DNA of 64,000 nucleotides, taken from contig OZ244799.1 in the NCBI GenBank assembly GCA_965219955.1, positions 2,304,001 through 2,368,000 of the forward strand, in the 5' to 3' direction. The notes under the pieces were generated by a model. The model ran no database searches and was not told the DNA's origin. It saw nothing but the letters and a program-made list of their open reading frames with translations. Position numbers and translations under genes: made by a program. Source of the DNA: a bacterium. GTDB lineage: Bacteria > UBA8248. Shown piece after piece: positions 1-12,807 of this stretch (its first letter is position 1; each line of letters opens with the position of its first letter).

Positions 1-687
1 CACGCCCGCCGCGGCGCGGGCGAGGTGAGGAACCATGCTTCTATCCCCTCCCGAGCAATCCCCGAGTCCGCCCGGCGACTGAACGCTGTGCGTCGCATCG
101 AAAACGACGGGATATCCCGATTCGCGCATCTTCACGAGCGAACGCATGTCGGATACCAGATTATGGTAGCCGAAACTGGTCCCTCTTTCGGTAAGAAGTA
201 TCTGCCGGCAACCCGCTTCCTCGAGCTTTGCTACGACGTTTTTCATGTCCTCGGGCGCCATGAACTGCCCTTTTTTCACGTTTACGGGCTTTCCCGTTCT
301 CCCCGCGGCATCGAGGAGGTCCGTCTGGCGGCACAAGAAGGCGGGAATCTGAACCGCATCCAGCACCTGCGCCGCGCGTTTGGCCTCCTCGGGACTATGG
401 ACGTCCGACATCACGGGAAGACCGGTTTCGCGTCTTACCATATCGAGTATGCGCAAGCCCTTATCGATGCCGGGGCCACGCGGAGACTTGCCCGAGCTGC
501 GATTCGCCTTGTCATACGAGGCCTTGAATACACCTCCGATACCGCATTTTTCAGTCGCTTCCCTTACTTTTTCAGCACATTTTCTGGTCAATTCTTCGCT
601 TTCGATCACACAAGGTCCTGCGATGACGCATATCGCCCCCTGCTCTCCGAAGGCCACATCACCGATTCTTACTATTTTTTCCGCCAT
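1..687 (-). CDS. kdsA: 3-deoxy-8-phosphooctulonate (KDO8P) synthase, runs off the window start
   Basis: Not in the ORF track. Manual minus-strand translation from ATG at 687 gives MAEKIVRIGDVAFGEQGAICVIAGPCVIES...FKASYDKANRSS, matching KdsA motifs (IAGPC, KASYDKANRS); follows pyrG in the kdsB-pyrG-kdsA order. Confidence 0.93.
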   Translation of the reverse strand, partial: MAEKIVRIGDVAFGEQGAICVIAGPCVIESEELTRKCAEKVREATEKCGIGGVFKASYDKANRSSGKSPRGPGIDKGLRILDMVRRETGLPVMSDVHSPEEAKRAAQVLDAVQIPAFLCRQTDLLDAAGRTGKPVNVKKGQFMAPEDMKNVVAKLEEAGCRQILLTERGTSFGYHNLVSDMRSLVKMRESGYPVVFDATHSVQSPGGLGDCSGGDRSMVPHLARAAAGV

Positions 688-736
688 TGTTATCTTTTCC
701 AGATTTCATGCCGTATGAACGGCATGAGAGGACGCA

Positions 737-3168
<2,432 letters not shown>

Positions 3169-3180
3169 CCATGACGCCGT

Positions 3181-4569
3181 CTAATACGCATTTTTGTTTA
3201 TCAGTCCCTTCCAGAGGGTGAGCCATAAGATCTTGATGTCAAAACCCAAGGACCAGTTCTCGATATAGTGTAAATCGAATTCGATTCTTTTTTCTATCGA
3301 CGTGTTTCCGCGCCATCCATTCACCTGCGCCCAGCCCGTTATTCCGGATTTCATCTTGTGACGCAGCATGTAATCGGGAACGGACGCGCGGAATTTCTCC
3401 ACGAAAACCGGACGCTCGGGCCTTGGACCCACGAGGCTCATTTCACCGCGCAACACGTTGAACAACTGCGGCAACTCATCGAGACTCGTCTTTCTGAGGA
3501 AAGCGCCGAAACGGGTGCGCCGCTCATCCTTGTCCATCGTCCAGACCGCGCCTGATTCCGCTTCCGCATCCACCTTCATGGAGCGAAACTTGTACATGCG
3601 AAACCGCACGCCGTCCAGGCCCATTCTCTCCTGGTGATACAAAACGGGACCCCGGCTCGTCCATTTCACGACGAGCGAGATAGCTATCATGAGCGGTCCA
3701 AGAACGAGCAACGCCAGGGCTCCCAGAGAATAATCCACCACCACCTTCATCCACCGATTCCAGCCCAGAAGAGGCGTTTGCGACAACAGGATCACAGGCA
3801 AACCATCGAGATCCTCAATCCCGGCGTTCAGCCGCATGTGATCGATAATATCGGGCACCAGGCGGACGTCAACGCTCGAGTCCGCCAGAGCGCTCAGCAA
3901 TTCCTCCTGCGCGGCGTACGAATTCGGGGGAAGCGCCACGTAGACTTCATGGATTCTCTCTCGCGCCACGACTTCGCGCACCTCGCCCAGTTTCCCGAGC
4001 ACGGGCGTGCCCTCTTCGCCATCTGCTTCGCAGAGGTGTCCCACAACCTGAAAACCAAGATTTCGATACGTCTCCAGATGAGCGGCGATTCTTCGGGCGA
4101 GAGGCGTTGTTCCCGCGATGAGAATGCGTCGCATATCCATGCCACGCCGTCTCAACCGCCGAATGATGGACCAAACCAAACGCCGAGCCGAGAAAAGAAA
4201 AACAGGCGCCAGACACATGAAAACAACGATCAATAAACGGCTGTAGCTTTGTCTGCGATAGAAAAACGTGAAGAAAGTGAACAACAGAATTGTCCAGGCC
4301 AACGTGCTCGTGAGGCGAATGACTTCTCGGGTGCTATTGAGTCCGGCCCGGTAATGATACAAACGCGACATACCAGATGCGATAAGCCAAATGAGCAGTA
4401 TCACGAAAAGTGAAACGAAATAAACACTGAAATCGGGATACCCGAAAGAAACGGGAATTATCTCCACGACGAAACGCAGCCAATACGCTGCGAACCAGGC
4501 TGAAATCAGCGCTATTGCATCACCACAAAAGAGAAATAACGCATTCAATTGGCCGTATTTGCGCAACAC
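3181..4569 (-). CDS. Undecaprenyl-phosphate sugar phosphotransferase (WcaJ/WbaP-like priming glycosyltransferase)
   Basis: N-terminal TM helices; C-terminal KFRSM, SLDELPQLFNVLRGEMSLVGPRPE, GITGWAQVNG. Confidence 0.95.
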   Translation of the reverse strand: MLRKYGQLNALFLFCGDAIALISAWFAAYWLRFVVEIIPVSFGYPDFSVYFVSLFVILLIWLIASGMSRLYHYRAGLNSTREVIRLTSTLAWTILLFTFFTFFYRRQSYSRLLIVVFMCLAPVFLFSARRLVWSIIRRLRRRGMDMRRILIAGTTPLARRIAAHLETYRNLGFQVVGHLCEADGEEGTPVLGKLGEVREVVARERIHEVYVALPPNSYAAQEELLSALADSSVDVRLVPDIIDHMRLNAGIEDLDGLPVILLSQTPLLGWNRWMKVVVDYSLGALALLVLGPLMIAISLVVKWTSRGPVLYHQERMGLDGVRFRMYKFRSMKVDAEAESGAVWTMDKDERRTRFGAFLRKTSLDELPQLFNVLRGEMSLVGPRPERPVFVEKFRASVPDYMLRHKMKSGITGWAQVNGWRGNTSIEKRIEFDLHYIENWSLGFDIKILWLTLWKGLINKNAY

Positions 4570-4652
4570 GACATGATGTTCCTTGTCGGGTCCGGCCTGA
4601 AATCCCTCGTGGAAGGCTCTTTCGGATAGCCTTCTTCTAGCGGTATTGCTCC

Positions 4653-5846
4653 TTATTTTTCATCCAGATTTTCAAGACGCTCGCGGTGATTCAGCCAACT
4701 TTGCCAAAATCGCTCCCTCGCCGCTTCCTTGAAATTCTCGCGAGCGAATCGCTCCGCCTGTCTGCGCGAGGCCTCAGGGGAGAACCGTTTTTCCATTTTC
4801 TCGAAAGCCACGACGGCATCTTCGATATGCGTCGGCTCAGAACGGGAGAAAAACATTCCCGTAGGCTCCGCTTCCCCATCCCCCGCACCATCCCAGGGGA
4901 TGAAGCCCTGCGGCGCTTCATATTCATCCGCATTCACGCTCACGACAGTCTCGAGTGCGCCGCCCGCGCCCAGGGCGATAACCGGCCGACCGCATGCCTG
5001 CGCCTCGAGCGGGGTGATGCCGAAGTCCTCCTCTCCCGGCAGGATGAAGGCGCGGCAACCGGCGTAAAGCTCGCGGATGGTTTCATCATCCTGATGGCCC
5101 AGGAACTCCACGTTCGGTTTTCCCAACGCCCGGACGCGCTCGAAATCCTGACCCTCTCCAACCACCTTGAGCGGACGGCCCAGCCGCCCGAACGCCTCGA
5201 CCGCCGCATCGACGCGCTTGTATGGCGCGAACGCCGTGACCATGAGGTAATAATCCGAGACGCGCTCGTTTCGGGAGCGGTAGAACCCGGTATCCACCGG
5301 CGGGTAGAGCACCTCCGCCTGCCTGCCGTAATAGCGGCGTATGCGGTCCGCCACCGTATGGCTGTTGGCGATAAAATCATGCACTCCCTTGTTGGCCTCG
5401 TTGTCCCACCTTCTCAGGTACTCGACGAGGCGGGGAAAGAACCATCTGGCCGCGCCACCCAAGCACGAGAGATAATCCTCATACCCGCTCCAGGCGTAGC
5501 GCATCGGCGTATGGCAATAGCTGAGATGATACGTCTCATAACTTCCCCTCGCTCCTTTAGCGACGCAATGCGAACTGGAGAGGATGAAATCGTACTCTCC
5601 GAGCGAGAACATCCGCACGGCCGTCGGCATGAGGGGCAGCATGTAGCGATAGCGGCGCCCGGCGCCGGGAATCCGCTGCAAGGGGCTGGCATGGATGCGA
5701 TGACGCTCGATGGTGTCCGATACCGAACCCGGAATGTGAAACAGCGTGAAGATATCCGCCTCCGGGTATATCTCGCAAAACACCTCGAGGCATTTCTCCC
5801 CGCCTCTCATGCCCGTGAGCCAGTCGTGCACGATCGCTACCCGCAT
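4653..5846 (-). CDS. Glycosyltransferase family 4
   Basis: Likely start MRVAIVHDWLTGMRGGE at 5846; EDFGITPLEAQACG motif. Confidence 0.92.
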   Translation of the reverse strand: MRVAIVHDWLTGMRGGEKCLEVFCEIYPEADIFTLFHIPGSVSDTIERHRIHASPLQRIPGAGRRYRYMLPLMPTAVRMFSLGEYDFILSSSHCVAKGARGSYETYHLSYCHTPMRYAWSGYEDYLSCLGGAARWFFPRLVEYLRRWDNEANKGVHDFIANSHTVADRIRRYYGRQAEVLYPPVDTGFYRSRNERVSDYYLMVTAFAPYKRVDAAVEAFGRLGRPLKVVGEGQDFERVRALGKPNVEFLGHQDDETIRELYAGCRAFILPGEEDFGITPLEAQACGRPVIALGAGGALETVVSVNADEYEAPQGFIPWDGAGDGEAEPTGMFFSRSEPTHIEDAVVAFEKMEKRFSPEASRRQAERFARENFKEAARERFWQSWLNHRERLENLDEK

Positions 5847-5862
5847 GTCTGCTCCTGAGGTC

Positions 5863-6993
5863 TCACCGTCTGGAGACGGATGGTGTAGCGGAAATCCGGC
5901 CGGGCGAACACGAAAGGGCGTCACGGTAGGCGCGCAGCGTTTCGGCGGCGAGTTTTTCCCAATGAAAAAAGCGCGCCCGCTCTTTCGACTTTTCAGCAAG
6001 GGCGTCTCTGAGCTCCGGCTCCCTCAAGATGCGCAGCATGGCGTTTCGCAAGGCATCCTTATCTCCCCGGGGAACGATGAGGCCGGCATCGCCGACCACC
6101 TCGGGCAGGGCCGCCGCGTCCGAAACAATCGGCGGCACACCGCACGCCATGGCCTCCAGGGGAGGATAGCCGAAACCCTCGTAATGGGAGGGGAATACCA
6201 GCGCCCGCGCGGGCCGATAGATGCCGGGGAGCGCTTCCTGAGGCATCTGCCCCAGAAACACCACCTCCTCACCCAGCTTCAAAAAGCGCAAAACGCCATC
6301 AAGACTCTCCCGCTCACCCGTCATGACGAGGCGAACTCCATTCGCCTCCTTCCTCAAATCCGCAAAGGCATCGAGCAAAAGCTGAATGTTCTTGTGGCGT
6401 TTGTGGTTTCCCACGTACAGGAAATAAGGCGCATCGCCGATCTTTTCCAGAGCTTCGGGCCTGGGCGCGCGCCCCTCCTCCCAGCCGGGCGGCAGGGCGT
6501 TGTGCGTGACGCGTATCTTTTCCTCCGCGACGCCCACGTGCTCCACGATATCTTTTTTCGTGTGTTCGGAAACGGCGAGAACAACACGCGCCCGACGCGC
6601 CGTTCTCGCAATCATCCATTTGGAGACGCGCCAATGCAGTGGCGAGGGACAAAGCGCCGGAAATAACTGATGGATCAAATCATGAACAGTCGCCACCATG
6701 GGCGTCTTGCCGAAAAAAGGCGTGAAATAATGCGGATGGTGGATCAGGTCCAGGCGCGCGCGCCCCAAGAGCCGGGGCAGCCTCACCTGCTCGGTGAGCG
6801 AATACGGAGGCGCCGCACAAACCACTCGACTGAAGTTACTACCCAGACCTGTGCAGTAATCCATATCCTTTTCATGCAGGAACACGACGTATTCCACATC
6901 GTCATCGCGCCTGTCCAGCCCGGCGAGCAAGCTTCTTAAATAGGTGCCGATGCCGCCCATCGATATCATCCGGGCGTCAACGCCTATACGCAT
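5863..6993 (-). CDS. Glycosyltransferase family 4 (mannosyltransferase-like)
   Basis: Likely start MRIGVDAR at 6993; YEGFGYPPLEAMACG motif. Confidence 0.92.
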   Translation of the reverse strand: MRIGVDARMISMGGIGTYLRSLLAGLDRRDDDVEYVVFLHEKDMDYCTGLGSNFSRVVCAAPPYSLTEQVRLPRLLGRARLDLIHHPHYFTPFFGKTPMVATVHDLIHQLFPALCPSPLHWRVSKWMIARTARRARVVLAVSEHTKKDIVEHVGVAEEKIRVTHNALPPGWEEGRAPRPEALEKIGDAPYFLYVGNHKRHKNIQLLLDAFADLRKEANGVRLVMTGERESLDGVLRFLKLGEEVVFLGQMPQEALPGIYRPARALVFPSHYEGFGYPPLEAMACGVPPIVSDAAALPEVVGDAGLIVPRGDKDALRNAMLRILREPELRDALAEKSKERARFFHWEKLAAETLRAYRDALSCSPGRISATPSVSRR

Positions 6994-8291
6994 CTCTTCA
7001 CCGCCTCGTAGACGCGCTCGAGTTCCTGGTTCTCTTTGTCCTTGTGAGTATCGCCTATGGATGAGGGACTTTTTCGCAACACCAACACATTCGGGCCACG
7101 CGGCCCCCATACGCTCGGCTCGGCCGGGCCCTGGAAGATGCAAATCACGGGAAGGCCGAGCGCCGCGGCGATATGGGTGGGACCCGAGTCGTTGCCGATG
7201 AACAAGCGGCAGGCCTTCATCACCCCCATGAGCGAACGGAGATGCTGAACCTTCTCGCACATGTCAATAATCGTGCCCCGGACGCGGACACCCTTCATGG
7301 ATTTGAGCGTCTCATCGACGACCTGCCGATCATCCGGCCCGCCCAGCAACAGGACCCGAGCGGGAAGAGTCGAGACGACCCGGCTGATCAACTCCCCATA
7401 GAGTTTCGGGCTCCATATCCTTTCCCTTCCTCCGGCGCCCGGGTGAATTCCGATGAATGAGCCTGAGGTGTCCTCCGTCAGGGAGGCGATGCACGCTCGC
7501 CCCTCGGCAAGCTCTTCTTCCGAAAGCGTCAGAGCGGGATTTTTCGTCTCGAACGGACCCAGCCCCGCATGTTCGAGCATATCCAGATTAAATTCCACCT
7601 GATGGCGTTTTGGGAATTCCTCGGCCTCCACGTCCAGCCCGAAGCCGAACCCCCTGATTCCGCGCCCCACCAGATAGCGCACTCCCGCAAGCCTGGCTGC
7701 GATAATCGATTGAAAATCGCCCGCAAAATCCACCGCCAGATCGTAGGATCCGCCGATTTCCTCGGCTCTCAACCTAAGCAACCGCCTCAGGCGATTCATC
7801 GAGAGAAAACCGAATTTCTTCCTCTTCGACCTGTCGCGCCAGGACGCGTTGAATACGAGGAAATCCACTCCGCCCAATTCTTCGTCCATATTCCAGAACA
7901 AGGAGCGGGCAGATGAGCGAATGAGGAGGTCGATTTGCGCCTCCGGCAGGCTCGCGCGAAGGGCATGGATGGCGGGCAGCGTGCAGACGACGTCGCCGAT
8001 ATGGTCGGGGCGCATCAAGAGAACGCGGCGAATGGCCTGGGGCTGTTCCCTCGTCTTGCGAAAAAAGGTCTCCCCCAGCAGGTCGACCGCGCGAAACGCC
8101 CATCGCGCCGGAAATCTCTTATAGTGATAGCCGCGCTCGAATACGGAAAGTTTGCGGCCCCGCTCCGGCCCGAGCGCCTCTCTCAACGAGGGCGTAGCGG
8201 ATTTGGGAGGCACACGCAGGCGAGCCTCATCGAAAAAACTCGCCGCATCATCGGGTGATTCGCGCATTCCTACTTTTTCCCACCTGTTCAT
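6984..8291 (-). CDS. Glycosyltransferase family 9 (LPS heptosyltransferase-like)
   Basis: RPDHIGDVV, IHPGAG, FIGNDSGPTHIAAALG motifs; exact start uncertain. Confidence 0.9.
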   Translation of the reverse strand: MNRWEKVGMRESPDDAASFFDEARLRVPPKSATPSLREALGPERGRKLSVFERGYHYKRFPARWAFRAVDLLGETFFRKTREQPQAIRRVLLMRPDHIGDVVCTLPAIHALRASLPEAQIDLLIRSSARSLFWNMDEELGGVDFLVFNASWRDRSKRKKFGFLSMNRLRRLLRLRAEEIGGSYDLAVDFAGDFQSIIAARLAGVRYLVGRGIRGFGFGLDVEAEEFPKRHQVEFNLDMLEHAGLGPFETKNPALTLSEEELAEGRACIASLTEDTSGSFIGIHPGAGGRERIWSPKLYGELISRVVSTLPARVLLLGGPDDRQVVDETLKSMKGVRVRGTIIDMCEKVQHLRSLMGVMKACRLFIGNDSGPTHIAAALGLPVICIFQGPAEPSVWGPRGPNVLVLRKSPSSIGDTHKDKENQELERVYEAVKRCV

Positions 8292-8425
8292 GTTGCGCTC
8301 TCAAAATGTTCGACTTCGCAGCTAATACAGAATATAGCGCGCTTCGCCCTTTGGCGGAAATTCCCCTCTCCAATTACAGGAAATATACAACGCCATCCGC
8401 TCCACCACGTCCATGCGCTATCCGC

Positions 8426-9541
8426 TCAAGACCGCAAGATATCCTCATAAAGACGATGCGCCTTATCCGCCAGCACATCCCAGGTGAATTCCTCTAACAC
8501 TCTTTTGCGGCCCGCATCCGCCAGCCGCTTGCACTCACCGGGTTCGTTTTTCAGCTTCTGGAGGATATTTCGGAGAGTCTCCACGCTATCTTCCGGGAAT
8601 ACGAATCCCTCCGTTCCAATGACGTGCGTGATTTCACCCGTGGCCGCTCCAACGGGAACCACGCCGCAGGCCAGCGCCTCGATCAGCACCCGGCCGAACT
8701 GCTCCCTCCAGTGCGCGGTCGTTCTTGACGGCAGCGCCAGCGCATGCCAGCCACGCAAACAGCCGGGCACGTCGGCGTTATCGACCCGGCCCAGGAATTC
8801 CACCCGTTCCCCGATCCCGAGGGACCGCGCCTGCCGCTCGAGCGTTGCGCGCTCGGCTCCATCCCCCACGATCTGCGCTCTCCACTCCCCCGAAAGGCCG
8901 GCAAGCGCTCTCAGGAGAACGTCTACTCCTTTCGAATAAACGAGCCTCCCGAGGTACCCGACGCAGAAAACATCGCCGCGCTCACCCGGTCTTGGGGGAC
9001 GGAAAAGCTGGGGGTCCAGCCCGAACTGGGGCAGCGTTCGCACTTTTTCGGGGGGCGCGCCGAGACGCAACAGCCTCTCCCGGGCGGTACGGGCAAAGAC
9101 CAAAAGCGCATCCGCGCGGCGAAAAGCTTGTTTTTCGATAACGCGGGAACGCCAGGGGAGAGCGATATCGAAATTCTCCGAGTTGTTGACCATGAGCTTC
9201 GGTCGCGTCTTCAACACGGACAAGTAAAGCATCACCTGCGCCGCGACGAAGCTGTAGGATTCCTCCTCCATGTGGACGATATCGGGCCGCGCTTCCTTCA
9301 GCGCCTTCCATAGTCCACTGCCGTAGACGTGTCCGCCCACCCTGCCGTTGAAAACGAGAAAGCCGGTGAAAATCCGGTAGCCGTCCTCTATGCCCTCACG
9401 GCAGGTGAGCAACCGCGCGCCTTCTTTCCACGCCGCAGGCGCGAGCAGAGAAACTTCCAGGCCGGGCCGCCGGGCGAGCGCGGCGAGTTTCTCCCGATAA
9501 ACCGGCGACGCGCAGAAACGGGAAATGACCAAAACGCGCAT
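8426..9541 (-). CDS. Glycosyltransferase family 4
   Basis: Likely start MRVLVIS; GRLVYSKG and WREQFGRVLIEALACG. Confidence 0.9.
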   Translation of the reverse strand: MRVLVISRFCASPVYREKLAALARRPGLEVSLLAPAAWKEGARLLTCREGIEDGYRIFTGFLVFNGRVGGHVYGSGLWKALKEARPDIVHMEEESYSFVAAQVMLYLSVLKTRPKLMVNNSENFDIALPWRSRVIEKQAFRRADALLVFARTARERLLRLGAPPEKVRTLPQFGLDPQLFRPPRPGERGDVFCVGYLGRLVYSKGVDVLLRALAGLSGEWRAQIVGDGAERATLERQARSLGIGERVEFLGRVDNADVPGCLRGWHALALPSRTTAHWREQFGRVLIEALACGVVPVGAATGEITHVIGTEGFVFPEDSVETLRNILQKLKNEPGECKRLADAGRKRVLEEFTWDVLADKAHRLYEDILRS

Positions 9542-9793
9542 GATGACCCACTCGTGTCTATAGCGCATGCCTCGCGTCATGCCCGTTTTCCAACTGCTAT
9601 ATTTCGGAAACCCTGGAATTTCCGTTCGCTCTCATTCCAGAAAACTGGTGGGTCCTGTGAGCGCAGATATTCCAGTAAAGCGGCCTCTCAGGAAAAGCGC
9701 AAGACGCATGCGGCATCTTTCAGGCAGTCAAGACTCCCACCCACGATGGTTGAAGCGTTCCATAGGCCGAGCCCGCCTTTCCATCTATCCTCG

Positions 9794-10567
9794 CTACACG
9801 CGCACAAAAACGCCTTCAACGACCCCGCTGAACCAACAGACGGGAGGAATCTTGGAGAGCCAGGCCTCGGCCCCAAGCCATATATGCGGATGCGCTCCCA
9901 GCAATTGCCTGAATCTATCCGGCAAAGGGGTGAAATTCCTGGGCAGAATATTCGAGTACCAAGTCTCGACCGCTTCGAACCCGAACGTGGAGAGGAGTCG
10001 ACACATTTTTTCCATGGAATAGAGCCGCTCGTGATCGCTCGCGCGGAAGACGTTTCTCGCCATGAACTCCGCATAGCTCCATTCGTTGGGAAGCATCATC
10101 ACGATGAGCAACCCCTCGGGGCGCAAGATGCGCCGAATTTCCGTGAGCGAGCCGCTTTCGTCTTCCACGTGCTCCAGAACGCCGCAGGACAAAACGACGT
10201 CGAACGACTCGTCCTCGAAGGGAAGCCGTACGGGGTCTTCGCCGTAAACGACATTCAGGTTCTGCTCGCGCAGAAAGGAGTTCCAGGGAGAGGGTTCTTC
10301 CGCCTCGATGGTATAGGAAATGACTTCGAAACCCCGGTTTCTCAAAAGATAAGACATTTGCCCGTAGCCGCATCCCCAATCCAGCAGCCTGCCGCCACCA
10401 GGATTCAGGTGTTTCACGGTATCCGCTTTGCGCAGGTAATTGGCGCGACCCAGCGGCGTGCTGAGGTGATAGAGACCGGCGCAGCCTTCGGCCAGCGAAC
10501 GCTCGACGGCGCGGGCGAGGGCCGCCATCTCTTCGGACTCGGCTCGAGGAGAGCGTTTTATCGGCAT
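9794..10567 (-). CDS. Class I SAM-dependent methyltransferase
   Basis: LLDWGCGYG, LPFEDESFDVV, VLEHV, RILRPEG; start uncertain. Confidence 0.88.
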   Translation of the reverse strand: MPIKRSPRAESEEMAALARAVERSLAEGCAGLYHLSTPLGRANYLRKADTVKHLNPGGGRLLDWGCGYGQMSYLLRNRGFEVISYTIEAEEPSPWNSFLREQNLNVVYGEDPVRLPFEDESFDVVLSCGVLEHVEDESGSLTEIRRILRPEGLLIVMMLPNEWSYAEFMARNVFRASDHERLYSMEKMCRLLSTFGFEAVETWYSNILPRNFTPLPDRFRQLLGAHPHIWLGAEAWLSKIPPVCWFSGVVEGVFVRV

Positions 10568-10710
10568 GGAATATGAACCTTGTGTTTCTCGTGGAGGCAA
10601 GACCTACTCTAACCCCGGGATCACGCGGAACACAAGGCTCGCTTGACACGGGGCCGGTGGTGGGAGAACTTCCGAATAACTTGCTCTCCACTTACTCGAG
10701 GGATAACGCC

Positions 10711-11577
10711 ATGAACGATCGTGGTGCGCGCCTCCGGGCGCTTCTGGAAGAGAACCGGCCCGTGCTCGCTCCCGCCTGCATCGACGCCTTCAGCGCGCGC
10801 ATGGTGGAGCAGGCGGGGTTCGAGGTGAACTATCTGACGGGCAACGGCGCATCGGCGGCGCTCCTCGGCAAGCCCGACGTGGGCTTCATGACGCTGCGCG
10901 AGGTGGCCGACGTTTGCCGGAACGTCGTTCAGGCGACTTCGATTCCCCTCATCGCGGACGCCGACACCGGCTACGGCAACGCCGTGAACATGATCCGCAC
11001 CGTCCGCGAACTCGAATCGGCGGGCGTCGCCTGCATCCAGATCGAGGATCAGGTGACCCCCAAAAAGTGCGGCTTCCTGCCCGGCTCGATCCCCGTCATC
11101 TCGCTGGAAGAACAGCTCGGCAAGCTGAAAGCGGCTCTCGATGCTCGGGAGAGCGAGGATTTCCTCATCCTCGCCCGCACGGACGCCGCCGCCGACCATG
11201 GGCTGGACGAGGCGATCCGCCGGGCGGTCGCCTATAAGGAGGCGGGAGCCGACCTCACCTTTATCGAGGTGGAAGGCACCGAGGAGGAACTGAGACAAAT
11301 CGGAGCCGAGGTTCCCCCGCCCCACGTCACCACGCTGGATGAATCGAGGCGCGAGGCGGCCCTCAGCGTGGATGAACTCGGCGAACTCGGTTTCGGCGTC
11401 ATCATCTACCCGGGCATCGTGCGCTGCACGTACCTGAAAGCGGTGAACGACGTGCTGCGCATCTTGAAGGAAGAAGGCTCCACGCGCTCGGCGCGCGAGA
11501 TGATGGCCACTTTTCAGGAATACAACGACGCCCTGGGCATCTCGGAAATCCAGACGTGGGAGCGCGAATACCTCTAG
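10711..11577 (+). CDS. Isocitrate lyase / PEP mutase family enzyme (PrpB-like)
   Basis: IADADTGYG, IEDQVTPKKCG, ARTDA, AYKEAGAD motifs; start MNDRG chosen at 10711. Confidence 0.9.
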   Translation: MNDRGARLRALLEENRPVLAPACIDAFSARMVEQAGFEVNYLTGNGASAALLGKPDVGFMTLREVADVCRNVVQATSIPLIADADTGYGNAVNMIRTVRELESAGVACIQIEDQVTPKKCGFLPGSIPVISLEEQLGKLKAALDARESEDFLILARTDAAADHGLDEAIRRAVAYKEAGADLTFIEVEGTEEELRQIGAEVPPPHVTTLDESRREAALSVDELGELGFGVIIYPGIVRCTYLKAVNDVLRILKEEGSTRSAREMMATFQEYNDALGISEIQTWEREYL

Positions 11578-11608
11578 TACCCCACCGGCGTCTTGCAAGG
11601 AGCGGAAC

Positions 11609-11908
11609 ATGATCACCGTAGGGATGTATTACGAAGTGCTGCCGGGCAAGGAGAAAGAGTTCGAGGAGAAATTCGAGGCCGTGGCCGGCGCCCTCGAAGG
11701 ACAGGCCGGCCACGTGCAGAGCCTTCTGTATCAGCAGGTGAAAAATCCCAATTCCTACACCATCCTCTCGGAGTGGGAGGCGCAGGAAGACTTCATGGCC
11801 TTCATCAGGAGCGATGCCTTTCGCGCCGTCACGGACTGGGGAAAGGCGGAGATCCTGGCGGGCCGGCCTCGCCACAAGCTCTATGGCCGCGAGGGCGACC
11901 TCCACTAG
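11609..11908 (+). CDS. Antibiotic biosynthesis monooxygenase (ABM) domain protein
   Basis: 99 aa, VLPGKEKEFE...SEWE...F pattern; SD AAGGAG upstream. Confidence 0.85.
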   Translation: MITVGMYYEVLPGKEKEFEEKFEAVAGALEGQAGHVQSLLYQQVKNPNSYTILSEWEAQEDFMAFIRSDAFRAVTDWGKAEILAGRPRHKLYGREGDLH

Positions 11909-11919
11909 AGGGAAACTGA

Positions 11920-12798
11920 ATGCCGGATATGCTCCCCTGCCCGCCGCCCGATCCCCAGCCCAGAGCGCCCTGCTTCGAGCTACCCTCCGGCGCCTGGGAT
12001 ACCCACGGACACATCTTCGGTCCCGAGAGCAAGTACGCCTACTCCCCCCGAAGGGGCTACACGCCTCCCGACGCCTCACTCGATGCGTACGAAACCCTCC
12101 ACCGCACGCTCGGCGTGGCGCGCGGCGTCCTCACCCAGCCGAGCGTCTACGGGATCGACAACACCGCCATGCTCGACGCCATGGCCCGCTCCGGCGGGCG
12201 GCTTATGGGCGTGGCCTCCGTGGGCAGGGAGGTGAGCGAGGCGGAGTTGACGCGCCTTCACGAGGCGGGCGTTCGCGGCCTGCGCATCAACCTGGCGGAC
12301 AAGGGCGGGAATCCCTTCGATTCGTTCGCGGACGTTCAGGCGATGGGCGAGCGCATCGTGGACATGGGCTGGCACCTGGAGTTTCTGATCCACGTGCATG
12401 AGTTCCAAGCTCTCAGGAAAACCTTCTCCGCCCTGCCCGTCCACAGCGTTTTCGGGCACATGGGCTACGTCCCGGCGGGCGAGGGTTTAGGCCCACTCCA
12501 GGAATTCATGGGCTTGCTCAAAGAGGGCAGAACCTGGGTGAAGCTCACTGGCACATACCGCATCACGGGCCTGAAGCAGACCCCCTACTCGGACGTCGAC
12601 CCCATCGCCCGCGCTCTCATCGAAGCGGCGCCCGAGCGCGTCATCTGGGGCACGGACTGGCCGCATCCCGTCTGCAAGATTCCGATGCCCAACGACGGCG
12701 ACTTGCTGGATCAACTGCTCGACTGGGCGCCGGATGAGAGCGTCCGGGAAAAAATACTCGTGGAAAATCCCCTGAAACTGCTCGGGATCGAAAGATAG
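11920..12798 (+). CDS. Amidohydrolase, 2-pyrone-4,6-dicarboxylate lactonase (LigI)-like
   Basis: GAWDTHGHIFG, QPSVYGIDN, GHMG, WVKLTG, WGTDWPHP, MPNDGDL. Confidence 0.85.
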   Translation: MPDMLPCPPPDPQPRAPCFELPSGAWDTHGHIFGPESKYAYSPRRGYTPPDASLDAYETLHRTLGVARGVLTQPSVYGIDNTAMLDAMARSGGRLMGVASVGREVSEAELTRLHEAGVRGLRINLADKGGNPFDSFADVQAMGERIVDMGWHLEFLIHVHEFQALRKTFSALPVHSVFGHMGYVPAGEGLGPLQEFMGLLKEGRTWVKLTGTYRITGLKQTPYSDVDPIARALIEAAPERVIWGTDWPHPVCKIPMPNDGDLLDQLLDWAPDESVREKILVENPLKLLGIER

Positions 12799-12807
12799 GA
12801 GAGAAAC